Program-made: the position numbers and the translations under genes | NCBI GenBank assembly: GCA_964654075.1 | Contig: CAZZIA010000001.1 | Span: 1 to 34,089 of the forward strand | Origin: an uncultured archaeon | Lineage (GTDB): Archaea; Aenigmatarchaeota; Aenigmatarchaeia; Aenigmatarchaeales; Aenigmatarchaeaceae | Direction of reading: 5' to 3' | DNA: 34,089 nt | Shown here: one piece after another, positions 24,845 to 32,925 of the stretch | How positions within the stretch are numbered: the first letter of the stretch is position 1 | Layout: every line of letters begins with the position of its first letter | The notes under the pieces: generated by a model | The model's database searches: none | What the model saw: only the letters and a program-made list of their open reading frames with translations | Told to the model about the DNA's origin: nothing

Positions 24845-25351
24845 ATGAATCTTGTCAAAAAAATAAATACTGAGTTGCAGAATGAAATAGCTAAATATAA
24901 CTCTGAAATTGCTAAAGCTATGAACGCTGTTATAGAGTTTCCAGTAGATTTTTTATTCGAAATCAAGCCAAATATTCCATTAGATAAAATAGCTGAATAT
25001 GCAAATGCAAATCCTGAAGCTGCTGCTAATAGCTATCTTACATATGCATTTAGCGCATTGCAAAATGAAAATTATAAATATGCAAGAAAATTTTTTAAAT
25101 TGGCTAAGTGCTGTTTAGAAAGGACAAAATATCTGCACTTAAAAGAACTACAGGTAATTGTGAGGCATCCAAAAAAGTCTGCCGAATTGCTAAAAGGCAG
25201 TATAGAAATTTATACTAAGAAGAATAAAGAATTAGTAAATGAATATAAAATGCAAAAAGCGGAAGCTGACAAAATAGTTGAAGAAAGTATTATAAGGTTG
25301 TTAGACAGAAAGGAAAATGAAAAGGAGAAATGGCAGACATATATTATGTAA
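24845..25351 (+). CDS. hypothetical helical protein
   Basis: 168-aa ORF with a GTGAT SD 4 nt upstream. No family motif was recognised. Confidence 0.55.
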   Translation: MNLVKKINTELQNEIAKYNSEIAKAMNAVIEFPVDFLFEIKPNIPLDKIAEYANANPEAAANSYLTYAFSALQNENYKYARKFFKLAKCCLERTKYLHLKELQVIVRHPKKSAELLKGSIEIYTKKNKELVNEYKMQKAEADKIVEESIIRLLDRKENEKEKWQTYIM

Positions 25352-25361
25352 ATGTGTTTGA

Positions 25362-25958
25362 ATGAAAGAGAAGGAATTATTTGAATTTTTAGAAAGTATT
25401 GTAAATCTTAAGTTAACTGCAAGGACAGGTTGGATTGGTAGGAAAGTTCCTAAACCTTTAGAAACTATAGCATCACATAGTTTTGGTGTTGTACTCATTT
25501 CTTGGATTTTAGCTGAGGGAAAGAAAGTTGATAAAGATAAAATTATAAAAATGGCTCTTATACATGATTTAGCTGAGGCATATTGTGGTGATATAACAGC
25601 ATATGCTGAAAAATATTCAATAGAGATGGGGCTAGAAGAAAAAATTTTGAAGGATAAAAAGAAAGTGGAAAGAAGTGTTTTAAAAAGGGTAATAAAACCT
25701 TTGGATGAGAATTTGCAAAAACAGATAACTCGGCTGTTTAACGAATTTGAAGAACAAAAAACACAGGAAGCAAAAATCGTTTATCTAGCTGATAAAATTG
25801 ATGAACTTTTTCAAGTTTTCTATTACAGAAAAGCTGGAGGTGGGAAAAGGCTGAAGGAATTCTACGACTGGTTCAAAAGGCACAAAATTTTTAATAAGAA
25901 CTTGCCCGAAAAATTTTTTAAATATGTAATGGTAAAGGATAGTAAATTAAGTAAATAA
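25362..25958 (+). CDS. HD-domain hydrolase (YfbR/HDDC2-like 5'-nucleotidase family)
   Basis: 198 aa. RTGW......ETIASHSFGV, the HD motif ALIHDLAEAYCGDIT, and a later D in YLADKIDE. Confidence 0.8.
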   Translation: MKEKELFEFLESIVNLKLTARTGWIGRKVPKPLETIASHSFGVVLISWILAEGKKVDKDKIIKMALIHDLAEAYCGDITAYAEKYSIEMGLEEKILKDKKKVERSVLKRVIKPLDENLQKQITRLFNEFEEQKTQEAKIVYLADKIDELFQVFYYRKAGGGKRLKEFYDWFKRHKIFNKNLPEKFFKYVMVKDSKLSK

Positions 25959-25995
25959 TATATTTTAAATATTATAATTTTAAATCAATTGTTAT

Positions 25996-26118
25996 GGGGT
26001 AGTAGCTCAGACTGGGAGAGCGCACGAGGATGCTATCCTGCGAAGCTGAAGACCGTGAATGGGATGCTTGGCATCTCATCGGGAAATGTCGTGAGTTCAA
26101 ATCTCACCTACCCCACCA
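25996..26118 (+). tRNA. tRNA-Phe(GAA), 2 introns (18 nt at 30/31, coordinates 26027-26044; 28 nt at 43/44, coordinates 26058-26085), CCA encoded
   Basis: GGGGTAG TA GCTC-AGACTGGGA-GAGC G CACG|..|G CTGAAGA CCGTG |..| ATGTC GTGAG TTCAAAT CTCAC CTACCCC A CCA. Intron 1 has a textbook BHB: CGCA/TGCG central helix, CG|A and AA|G bulges, and a GGAT/ATCC inner helix. Intron 2 has a 9-bp inner helix plus ACCG/CGGG. The spliced length is 77 nt. Confidence 0.85.
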
Positions 26119-26122
26119 AAGG

Positions 26123-26128
26123 TTTTTT
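26123..26128 (+). terminator. oligo-T run downstream of tRNA-Phe
   Basis: A TTTTTT run begins 5 nt after the CCA end, matching the archaeal oligo-T terminator pattern. Confidence 0.45.
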
Positions 26129-26151
26129 AATCTTAAAAAGTAATTCTAATT

Positions 26152-26706
26152 ATGTTCGTTCGTATTGTCCCGGCAGGAAATATAGCTCCAAAAATTCTAG
26201 AGTTGGTATGTGCTGGACTTGAAGAAGTGCTAAACTCGAGATGTAGAATACTTCAAAAAGTACAAATACCAAAAGAAGCGTGGGATCACTGGAGAAGGCA
26301 ATATGATGCTGAAAAAATACTAGAGAGCCTCGTAGACACTGGTGCTGCAAAGTTCATAGACAAATCAATACCAACAATAGGCATAACAGATGAAGATATA
26401 TATTATAAGGGATTAAACTTTGTATTTGGGCTTGAAGAACCAGCTACAGGTTGTTGCATAGTATCGATTGCTAGACTAAAGCAGGAATTTTATGGCCAAA
26501 GTTCAAATATGGGGCTTTTAGTTGATAGGACTGTTAAAGAAGTTATACATCAAATTGGCCACCTTTTTGACTTAAGTCACTGCCAATACCCAACATGTGT
26601 GATGTGCTTTTCACCATCAGTAAACGACGTTGACAATAAGCAAAAGTATTTTTGTGACAACTGTAAAATTAAAATAGCGAGAAAAGGTATCAGGATGTCT
26701 GATTAA
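26152..26706 (+). CDS. amzA: archaemetzincin (peptidase M54)
   Basis: 184 aa. HQIGHLFDLSHC (HExxHxxGxxH-type with Q in place of E, plus Cys), followed by C..CVMCF and CDNC zinc-binding cysteines. Confidence 0.85.
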   Translation: MFVRIVPAGNIAPKILELVCAGLEEVLNSRCRILQKVQIPKEAWDHWRRQYDAEKILESLVDTGAAKFIDKSIPTIGITDEDIYYKGLNFVFGLEEPATGCCIVSIARLKQEFYGQSSNMGLLVDRTVKEVIHQIGHLFDLSHCQYPTCVMCFSPSVNDVDNKQKYFCDNCKIKIARKGIRMSD

Positions 26707-27246
26707 ATGACTGAAGGTAAACTTGTAGAAGATAAAGTAATTATCTGGGATATAGAAGGTGGGAAAGAAATTTATGAAACTGCATATTATGGCAAACTAA
26801 AGGAAGATAGGCTAGAGCTGGCATTGATAGAGGCATGCTTGCTTTTAGAAAGGCAGAAAATTGACATATTGGACGAAGATGGCAAAAAAATGAAATTTGA
26901 TAAATTTTTTCATTATTGCTGCAAAATTGATAAAAGATTTGTATCTAGATATGTTGTGTATAAAGATTTAAGGGAAAGAGGATTACCAGTAAGGACTGGA
27001 TTTAAATTTGGATGTGATTTTAGAGTTTATGAAAGAGGTGTAAAGCCGATAAAGAGGGGGCCAAAAGCACCTGGCGAGCACACAAAATGGATTGTATTTG
27101 CTGTTTCAGAAGATTATACGTGCTCATTTCATGAACTTTCAAGGGCTGTAAGACTTGCCCACAATATCAGAGCAAACATGCTATGGGCGATTGTTGATGC
27201 GGATTTAGATGTTACATATTATACAGTAACATTTACCAGACCTTAG
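26707..27246 (+). CDS. endA: tRNA-splicing endonuclease EndA (179 aa, alpha4-sized), atypical active site
   Basis: YVVYKDLRERGLPVRTGFKFGCDFRVYERG...GEHTKWIV...AVRLAHNIRANMLWAIVDADLDVTYYTVTF aligns along its length with the M. jannaschii EndA sequence as I recall it. Tyr and His of the triad are present. The Lys position reads Ala. Confidence 0.9.
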   Translation: MTEGKLVEDKVIIWDIEGGKEIYETAYYGKLKEDRLELALIEACLLLERQKIDILDEDGKKMKFDKFFHYCCKIDKRFVSRYVVYKDLRERGLPVRTGFKFGCDFRVYERGVKPIKRGPKAPGEHTKWIVFAVSEDYTCSFHELSRAVRLAHNIRANMLWAIVDADLDVTYYTVTFTRP

Positions 27247-27254
27247 GTGAGAAA

Positions 27255-28397
27255 ATGTTCGTAAAAGATATAATGTCAAAAGATATAGTATCTCTTTCTC
27301 CAGATGAGCCTGTATCAAAATTTATTTCTTTGATGGAACAATTGCACATACATGAAGTTCTCATTGTTGATGATGCTAAAAGGCTCTTGGGCGTTGTAGA
27401 TTATAAATCCCTTGTTACAACAGGCATTACAGACCCGACTTCGATACAACTTAAAAAGCTTATGCAACCTTTACCGCAGCTAGTTTCCCCTGAAGATGAC
27501 ATGTCTGATGCAGCTGATCTGATATTTAAAACAGGACTCCGTGCCGTTCCTGTAGTTAAAAATAAAAAAGTAGTTGGAATTGCCTCTGTATTTGATATAA
27601 TAAATAACATAATCAAGACAAAACAGTTTAGACAAACTTATGCAGAGGCTTTGATGTCTTCAGTTCTTACAGTTACAAAAGATGATGACATTGGCAAAGC
27701 CAGGGTATTAATAAGAGAAAGGAATTTATCAAGGCTGCCTGTTGTTAATTCTGACGGAAAGCTGGTTGGTGCTGTTGCTGTTTTTGACTTGCTAAAGGCA
27801 ATTAAGCCACGTGAAAGAATGGGCTGGTACTCTATGGTAGCTGAGAAAAAAAGGATAATGGGAATAGCTGTTTCAACTGTGATGAACCGTAACCCGGTTA
27901 CAGCTGCTAGAAGCGCATCACTAAATGAAATTGGAAATTTGATGGCAAAGTACAAAACTTCTGGCATTATTATAACTGATGATAGCAAACCGGTCGGTAT
28001 CATTACTTTAAAGGACTTGCTAGAAGTTTATATCGCAGGGATGCAACAAAAAGGAGTTTATTATCAAATCATAGGGATAGAAAATGAAGATGAATTTGTA
28101 TTAGACACTGTAGATAGAATGATAAGAGATACCATACAAAAACTTTCTTTCATTTATCCGCCGCAATTTTTCTTTGTACATGTAAAGAAGTATCAAAAGG
28201 AAGGCGCTGTAATGAAATACTCTGTCAGAACAAGGCTGAAAACAGACCGAGGTGTATTTATCAGCAGAGGGTGCAAATGGGATTTGCGAGATGCTGTTGG
28301 TGATGCTTTAGATCATCTAGAACGTGCAATGCTTAAATGGAAAGGTGTTGTTACAACAAAAACAAAACGTAACATACAAAAGTTGAAGCAAATATAA
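27255..28397 (+). CDS. four-CBS-domain protein with C-terminal HPF/RaiA (S30AE)-like domain
   Basis: 380 aa. There are two CBS pairs (aa ~1-120 and ~133-262, e.g. VMNRNPVTAARSASLNEIGNLMAKYKTSGIIITDDSKPVGIITLKDLL). The C-terminal ~100 aa (YQIIGIENEDEFVLDTVDRMIRDTIQKLSFIY...FFVHVKKY...YSVRTRLKTDRGVFISRGCKWDLRDAVGDALDHLERAMLKWKG) matches the HPF pattern. Confidence 0.8.
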   Translation: MFVKDIMSKDIVSLSPDEPVSKFISLMEQLHIHEVLIVDDAKRLLGVVDYKSLVTTGITDPTSIQLKKLMQPLPQLVSPEDDMSDAADLIFKTGLRAVPVVKNKKVVGIASVFDIINNIIKTKQFRQTYAEALMSSVLTVTKDDDIGKARVLIRERNLSRLPVVNSDGKLVGAVAVFDLLKAIKPRERMGWYSMVAEKKRIMGIAVSTVMNRNPVTAARSASLNEIGNLMAKYKTSGIIITDDSKPVGIITLKDLLEVYIAGMQQKGVYYQIIGIENEDEFVLDTVDRMIRDTIQKLSFIYPPQFFFVHVKKYQKEGAVMKYSVRTRLKTDRGVFISRGCKWDLRDAVGDALDHLERAMLKWKGVVTTKTKRNIQKLKQI

Positions 28398-28399
28398 AT

Positions 28400-29017
28400 T
28401 TATTTCATCCATTCATCTTCCCATTGCTTAAATTGTGTATCGCTTATTTCACTTTTTGATCCTTTGATTTTTATTTCACCAAACCTCTTTCTCATTTTCA
28501 GCCCAACGATTAATCCAAATCCAAGACCAAATAAATGGGCAGCATTTGCTATCTGGCCTGGGGCAAACATCCCAATCAGGTCACCTGCCGCCCACACAAA
28601 AGCTGCAACAGCAAGAGGCATTGGAACCATCCCAACCCAAACAGTCATTCTTGGCCTTAATATGGTTAAGCATCCTAAAACACCAAAAATTGCTCCTGAA
28701 GCTCCGATTGAAGCTGGATAAAATATTGCTGAGCCAATACCGGCAAATAAGCCTGAAATGAAAAATAGAACTAGGAATCTTTTACTTGAAATGATCTTTT
28801 CTAATATGGAACCGAAAAGTGCAAGTGCAAACATGTTATAAAGCAAATGCTCCATTGAACCATGTAAGAAAATATGAGTTAGCAAAATCCATGGCCTTGC
28901 AAGAAGATCAGCAGAAACTAATGCAAATCCTTCAGTTATAAATGGAAATAAAGCTTGCAAAACAAAAACTACTATACATACAGCTGCTAATTTTACAGCC
29001 CACCATTTAAATGCCAT
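28400..29017 (-). CDS. rhomboid family intramembrane serine protease
   Basis: 205 aa with 6 TM segments. HGSMEHLLYNMFALALFG, catalytic GASGAIFGVLG, and His in AAHLFGLGFG. Confidence 0.85.
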   Translation of the reverse strand: MAFKWWAVKLAAVCIVVFVLQALFPFITEGFALVSADLLARPWILLTHIFLHGSMEHLLYNMFALALFGSILEKIISSKRFLVLFFISGLFAGIGSAIFYPASIGASGAIFGVLGCLTILRPRMTVWVGMVPMPLAVAAFVWAAGDLIGMFAPGQIANAAHLFGLGFGLIVGLKMRKRFGEIKIKGSKSEISDTQFKQWEDEWMK

Positions 29018-29022
29018 AACAA

Positions 29023-30486
29023 CTATTTGAGCTTTTTAGATAAAACTTTTGCTAAGTCTTTTACAGAAACCCTTTCCTGCTTTGTCGTGTCCCTATTTCT
29101 GATTGTTACCGTATTATCCTTCATTGTATCATAATCTATTGTAATACAGAAAGGTGTTCCTGCTTCATCTTCCCTGTAATATCTTTTTCCTATAGAATCC
29201 TTTTCCTCGTAGTTTATCCAAAATCCATTTTTTATTAGCATGTCTGCTATTTCACTTGCTTTTTTATCTAGGCCATCCTTTGCCACTAGCGGGAATACGG
29301 CAGCATCAACTGGAGCTAGAAAATTTGGAATAGAAAGCCAGACCCTGTCGCCCTCCTTTCTATAAGAGTTGTCTATCAGGCAATAGAGCGGTCTGTCAAC
29401 ACCAAATGAAATTTCCCATACATGTGGTATAAACTTTTTTTCATCTTTAAAAATAGTAAAATCCTCACCGCTAAGGTTTGTATGAGCTGATAGGTCCCAG
29501 TCTGTTCTATAGTTGTTTGCAACACATTCTATCCAACCAAAACTATCTGTATAAATCTCACAATCCCATGCATACTTTGTGTAAAATGGTTTTTCCGTTT
29601 CGCTCATTTCTTTCATTCTAATTTTTTCTGTTGGGATCCCCAAGCTTTCAAAAAATTGTTGAACTCTTGCCAAATAATAAACAATAAATTTTGGCAGAAT
29701 ATTACTTTTAACGATCTGCTCTGCTGTTAAGGTTATGCTCTTGTCAGATTCTCTGTCTTTTAAAAGAAAGAGTTTTAGTTTATATTTTTTTATCTCATCA
29801 AATCTTGGATGCTCATTTATTTCATCTGGATCAAAAAATACCTCTGCCTCAGCTTGCGTAAATTCTCTAAGCCTTATTATTGCCTGCCTTGGCGATATTT
29901 CGTTTCTATATGCCTTTCCAATTTGAATAACCCCAAGGGGGAATTTTTTTCTAGCAATCTCAAAAACTCTTTTAAATGCTATAAAATGACCTTGTGCTGT
30001 TTCTGGTCTGCAGTAAACCTCTTTTTCAAGTCCTGCTGTTGTTTTAAACATCATGTTAAACAGCTCAACAACCAATAGCTGGGAACCGCATTTTGGGCAT
30101 TTTATTTTATTTTCTGTTATTAGTTTTTTCAGTTGCCCACAACCTAGCCCTTCAACATCCTCTCTTTTCATTTTTAATTTTTCTACCAACAGCAGGTCTG
30201 CTCTAAAAACAGAACTGCACTTATTGCATTTTGTCATTGGGTCAACAAACTTTTCTAAATGTCTTGATGCAACAAAAACTTCCTTTGGCATTATTGTCGG
30301 GGTTTCTATTTCAATAAATCCCTCCCTTTTGAAAAAATCTCTCCAATAATCTTGAAATTTCCTTTTTATAACAGCGCCTAGTGGCCCGTAATCGTAAAAT
30401 CCGGCCATGCCTCCATATATCTCAGCAGCAGGCCAAAAAAATCCTCTTCTTTTTGCTAACTGCTCAATTACATCAGCTTTAACCAT
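29023..30486 (-). CDS. glyS: glycine--tRNA ligase (archaeal/eukaryotic-type)
   Basis: 487 aa. RRGFFWPAAEIYGGMAGFYDYGPLG, a Zn-ribbon insertion (CNKCSSVFRAD...CPKCGS), FRNEISPR (motif 2) and GVDRPLY (motif 3). Confidence 0.92.
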   Translation of the reverse strand: MVKADVIEQLAKRRGFFWPAAEIYGGMAGFYDYGPLGAVIKRKFQDYWRDFFKREGFIEIETPTIMPKEVFVASRHLEKFVDPMTKCNKCSSVFRADLLLVEKLKMKREDVEGLGCGQLKKLITENKIKCPKCGSQLLVVELFNMMFKTTAGLEKEVYCRPETAQGHFIAFKRVFEIARKKFPLGVIQIGKAYRNEISPRQAIIRLREFTQAEAEVFFDPDEINEHPRFDEIKKYKLKLFLLKDRESDKSITLTAEQIVKSNILPKFIVYYLARVQQFFESLGIPTEKIRMKEMSETEKPFYTKYAWDCEIYTDSFGWIECVANNYRTDWDLSAHTNLSGEDFTIFKDEKKFIPHVWEISFGVDRPLYCLIDNSYRKEGDRVWLSIPNFLAPVDAAVFPLVAKDGLDKKASEIADMLIKNGFWINYEEKDSIGKRYYREDEAGTPFCITIDYDTMKDNTVTIRNRDTTKQERVSVKDLAKVLSKKLK

Positions 30487-30552
30487 ATAATCACTTATAA
30501 TATCCTAGATAAACATATATTTTAATATAATTTAAAAATTAGATGTGGTGAC

Positions 30553-31671
30553 ATGACAGAAAAAATGACTGTAACTCCGTGGGAAGTTAAAGGGGAAATT
30601 GATTATTACAAATTAATTAAGGAATTTGGTACAGAGCCACTAACAGATGAACTGATAGCCAGATTAAAGAGACATACAAAAGACCTGCATTTATTATTAA
30701 GAAGAAAAATGTTTTTCTCCCATCGTGATTTTGGTTGGATATTGGATGAATATGAAAAGGACAATAAATTTTACCTATACACTGGCAGAGGCCCCTCCGG
30801 GCATACGCATCTAGGCCACTTAATTCCATGGTTTTTAACAAAATGGTTGCAAGATAAGTTTAAAGCTAAACTTTATTTTCAGCTAACAGATGATGAAAAG
30901 TTTTTATTTAACCCTAAGCTTTCGATAGAAGATACACAAAAATTTGCATATGAAAATACGCTAGACATAATTGCACTTGGATTTGACCAAAAGAGAACAT
31001 TTGTTTTTTCAGATATCAACTATGCAAAAACTTTATATAAAGAAGCGCTAAAAGTCGCAAAGAAGCTAACATTTTCAACAACAAAGGCGGTTTTTGGTTT
31101 TACATCTGAAAGCAATGTTGGGCAAATATTTTTTACTAGTATGCAATCTGTTCCATGCTTTTTAGAATCTATAAAAGCTGGCAAGAATGTTCCATGCCTG
31201 ATTCCGCTTGCAATAGATCAGGATCCTCATTTTAGGATAACAAGGGACATTGCTCCAAAACTAGGATATTATAAGCCTGCCATAATTCATTCCAAATTCT
31301 TACCTGGGTTAGGCAAAGGAGGTAAGATGTCTGCATCAGAGCCAGACACTTGCATTTTCACTACAGATAGCCAAGAACAAATTGATAGGAAAATTTCAAA
31401 TGCATTCACAGGAGGAGCCGCGACAATAAAGGAACAAAAAGAAAAAGGAGGTAATCCTGATATCTGCTCTGTGTATCAGTATTATTATTTTGTTTTTGAG
31501 CCAGATGATAAAAAAGTAAAAGAACTAAAAGAAAAATGCAAAGCTGGAAAAATTATGTGCGGTGAGTGTAAGAAAGAGCTTGCTAGCCGAATTAAGAAGT
31601 TTATGGCTGAACATCAAAAGAAAAGAGAGCAGGCAAAAAAAGTAATAGATAAATTTATTTTAAGTGATTGA
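30553..31671 (+). CDS. trpS: tryptophan--tRNA ligase (archaeal/eukaryotic-type)
   Basis: 372 aa. TPWEVKGEIDYYKLIKEFG, GRGPSGHTHLGHLIPW (HIGH-type) and KMSAS (KMSKS-type). Confidence 0.9.
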   Translation: MTEKMTVTPWEVKGEIDYYKLIKEFGTEPLTDELIARLKRHTKDLHLLLRRKMFFSHRDFGWILDEYEKDNKFYLYTGRGPSGHTHLGHLIPWFLTKWLQDKFKAKLYFQLTDDEKFLFNPKLSIEDTQKFAYENTLDIIALGFDQKRTFVFSDINYAKTLYKEALKVAKKLTFSTTKAVFGFTSESNVGQIFFTSMQSVPCFLESIKAGKNVPCLIPLAIDQDPHFRITRDIAPKLGYYKPAIIHSKFLPGLGKGGKMSASEPDTCIFTTDSQEQIDRKISNAFTGGAATIKEQKEKGGNPDICSVYQYYYFVFEPDDKKVKELKEKCKAGKIMCGECKKELASRIKKFMAEHQKKREQAKKVIDKFILSD

Positions 31672-32925
31672 ATGTATGAGCTAACAGAAGAGGGCAAAGA
31701 ATATTTAAAAGAAGGTTTGCCAGAAAAGCAGCTATTAAAAAAAATAAAATCTTTCTTAATCAGCAAAAAGCCATTAGAAGAAATTAAAAAGATGCCCCAC
31801 TCAGAAATAGCAATCGCCTGGGCTAGAAAAAACGGATGGGCGCAAATTGTTGGCGATTTTATTGAACTAACAAAAGCTGGAGCAGATATGGCAGAAAAAA
31901 GGACCCCTCTTGAGCTGGCGCTTGGACAAGTAGCTCAAGCAGGCGATGCAGAAGGGTCCGAGATAAAAATTTTATTAAGCAGGGGGCTGATTGAGAAAAT
32001 AAGAGAAAGGAAAATAGCACAGAAGGAAATAGCGCAACTAAGCCCTGGGATAATAGTAACAGGAGAGTGGAAAAATATCCCTTTTAGAAAATATGATGTT
32101 AGCACACCTGCCCCTGTTATTTGGGCTGGCAAAAAACAGCCATATGTTCAATTTATAGAGGATGTGAAAGCGAAGTTGGTTGGGCTCGGCTTTCAAGAAG
32201 TTTCTGGCCCTTTGGTTGAGCTGTCTTTTTGGAACTGTGACGCTCTTTTTACCCCACAGGACCATCCAGCAAAAAGCATACATGACATTTTTTATTTAAA
32301 ATGTCCGCAAAACGGAAAACTTCCTGACAAAAGTTTAGTTGCAAAAGTCAAGGCAACGCATCAGAACGGATGGACTACTGGAAGTACAGGATGGGGCGGA
32401 ACATGGGATGAGGGGGATGCCTCAAATCTAATAATGCGGTCGCACACAACTCCTGTATCAGCCAGAACTTTATTTAAACTTGGAGAGACCACTGGAAAGT
32501 ATTTTACAATAAGTAAGAATTTCAGACCGGATATTATTGATGCAAAACATTTGATGGAGTTTTATCAGTGTGAGGGTATTGTTGTTGGGAAAGGCCTAAC
32601 ATTTAGGCATTTGCTAGGCTATCTAAAGGAACTTGCAAGTGCTGTTGGAATAAAAGAGGTTAGATTTAAGCCGGGGTATTTCCCGTTCACAGAGCCTTCT
32701 GTTGAAGGTTATATAAACCATCCAAAACTTGGTTGGATAGAAGCTCTTCCAGCCGGCTTGCTAAGACCGGAGGTACTAAAGCCTCTAGGAATAGAAAATG
32801 CTCAGGTTCTGGCATGGGGCCTAGGGATTGATAGGTTAGCTATGGCTAAACTTGGGATAGATGATATCAGATTATTGTTCACAGATAATTTGGATTGGCT
32901 AAGAAAAAGCTCATTGGTGATATAG
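31672..32925 (+). CDS. pheS: phenylalanine--tRNA ligase alpha subunit
   Basis: 417 aa with class II motifs: HPAKSIHDIFY, MRSHTTPVSART, FRPD.IDAKHLMEFYQCEG, GYFPFTEPS and AWGLGIDRLAM. Confidence 0.92.
   Translation: MYELTEEGKEYLKEGLPEKQLLKKIKSFLISKKPLEEIKKMPHSEIAIAWARKNGWAQIVGDFIELTKAGADMAEKRTPLELALGQVAQAGDAEGSEIKILLSRGLIEKIRERKIAQKEIAQLSPGIIVTGEWKNIPFRKYDVSTPAPVIWAGKKQPYVQFIEDVKAKLVGLGFQEVSGPLVELSFWNCDALFTPQDHPAKSIHDIFYLKCPQNGKLPDKSLVAKVKATHQNGWTTGSTGWGGTWDEGDASNLIMRSHTTPVSARTLFKLGETTGKYFTISKNFRPDIIDAKHLMEFYQCEGIVVGKGLTFRHLLGYLKELASAVGIKEVRFKPGYFPFTEPSVEGYINHPKLGWIEALPAGLLRPEVLKPLGIENAQVLAWGLGIDRLAMAKLGIDDIRLLFTDNLDWLRKSSLVI

Noticed and set aside
25989-26222. A 77-aa ORF on the plus strand.
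   Set aside because: It is a read-through of the GC-richer tRNA-Phe gene and its flank and has no coding features.
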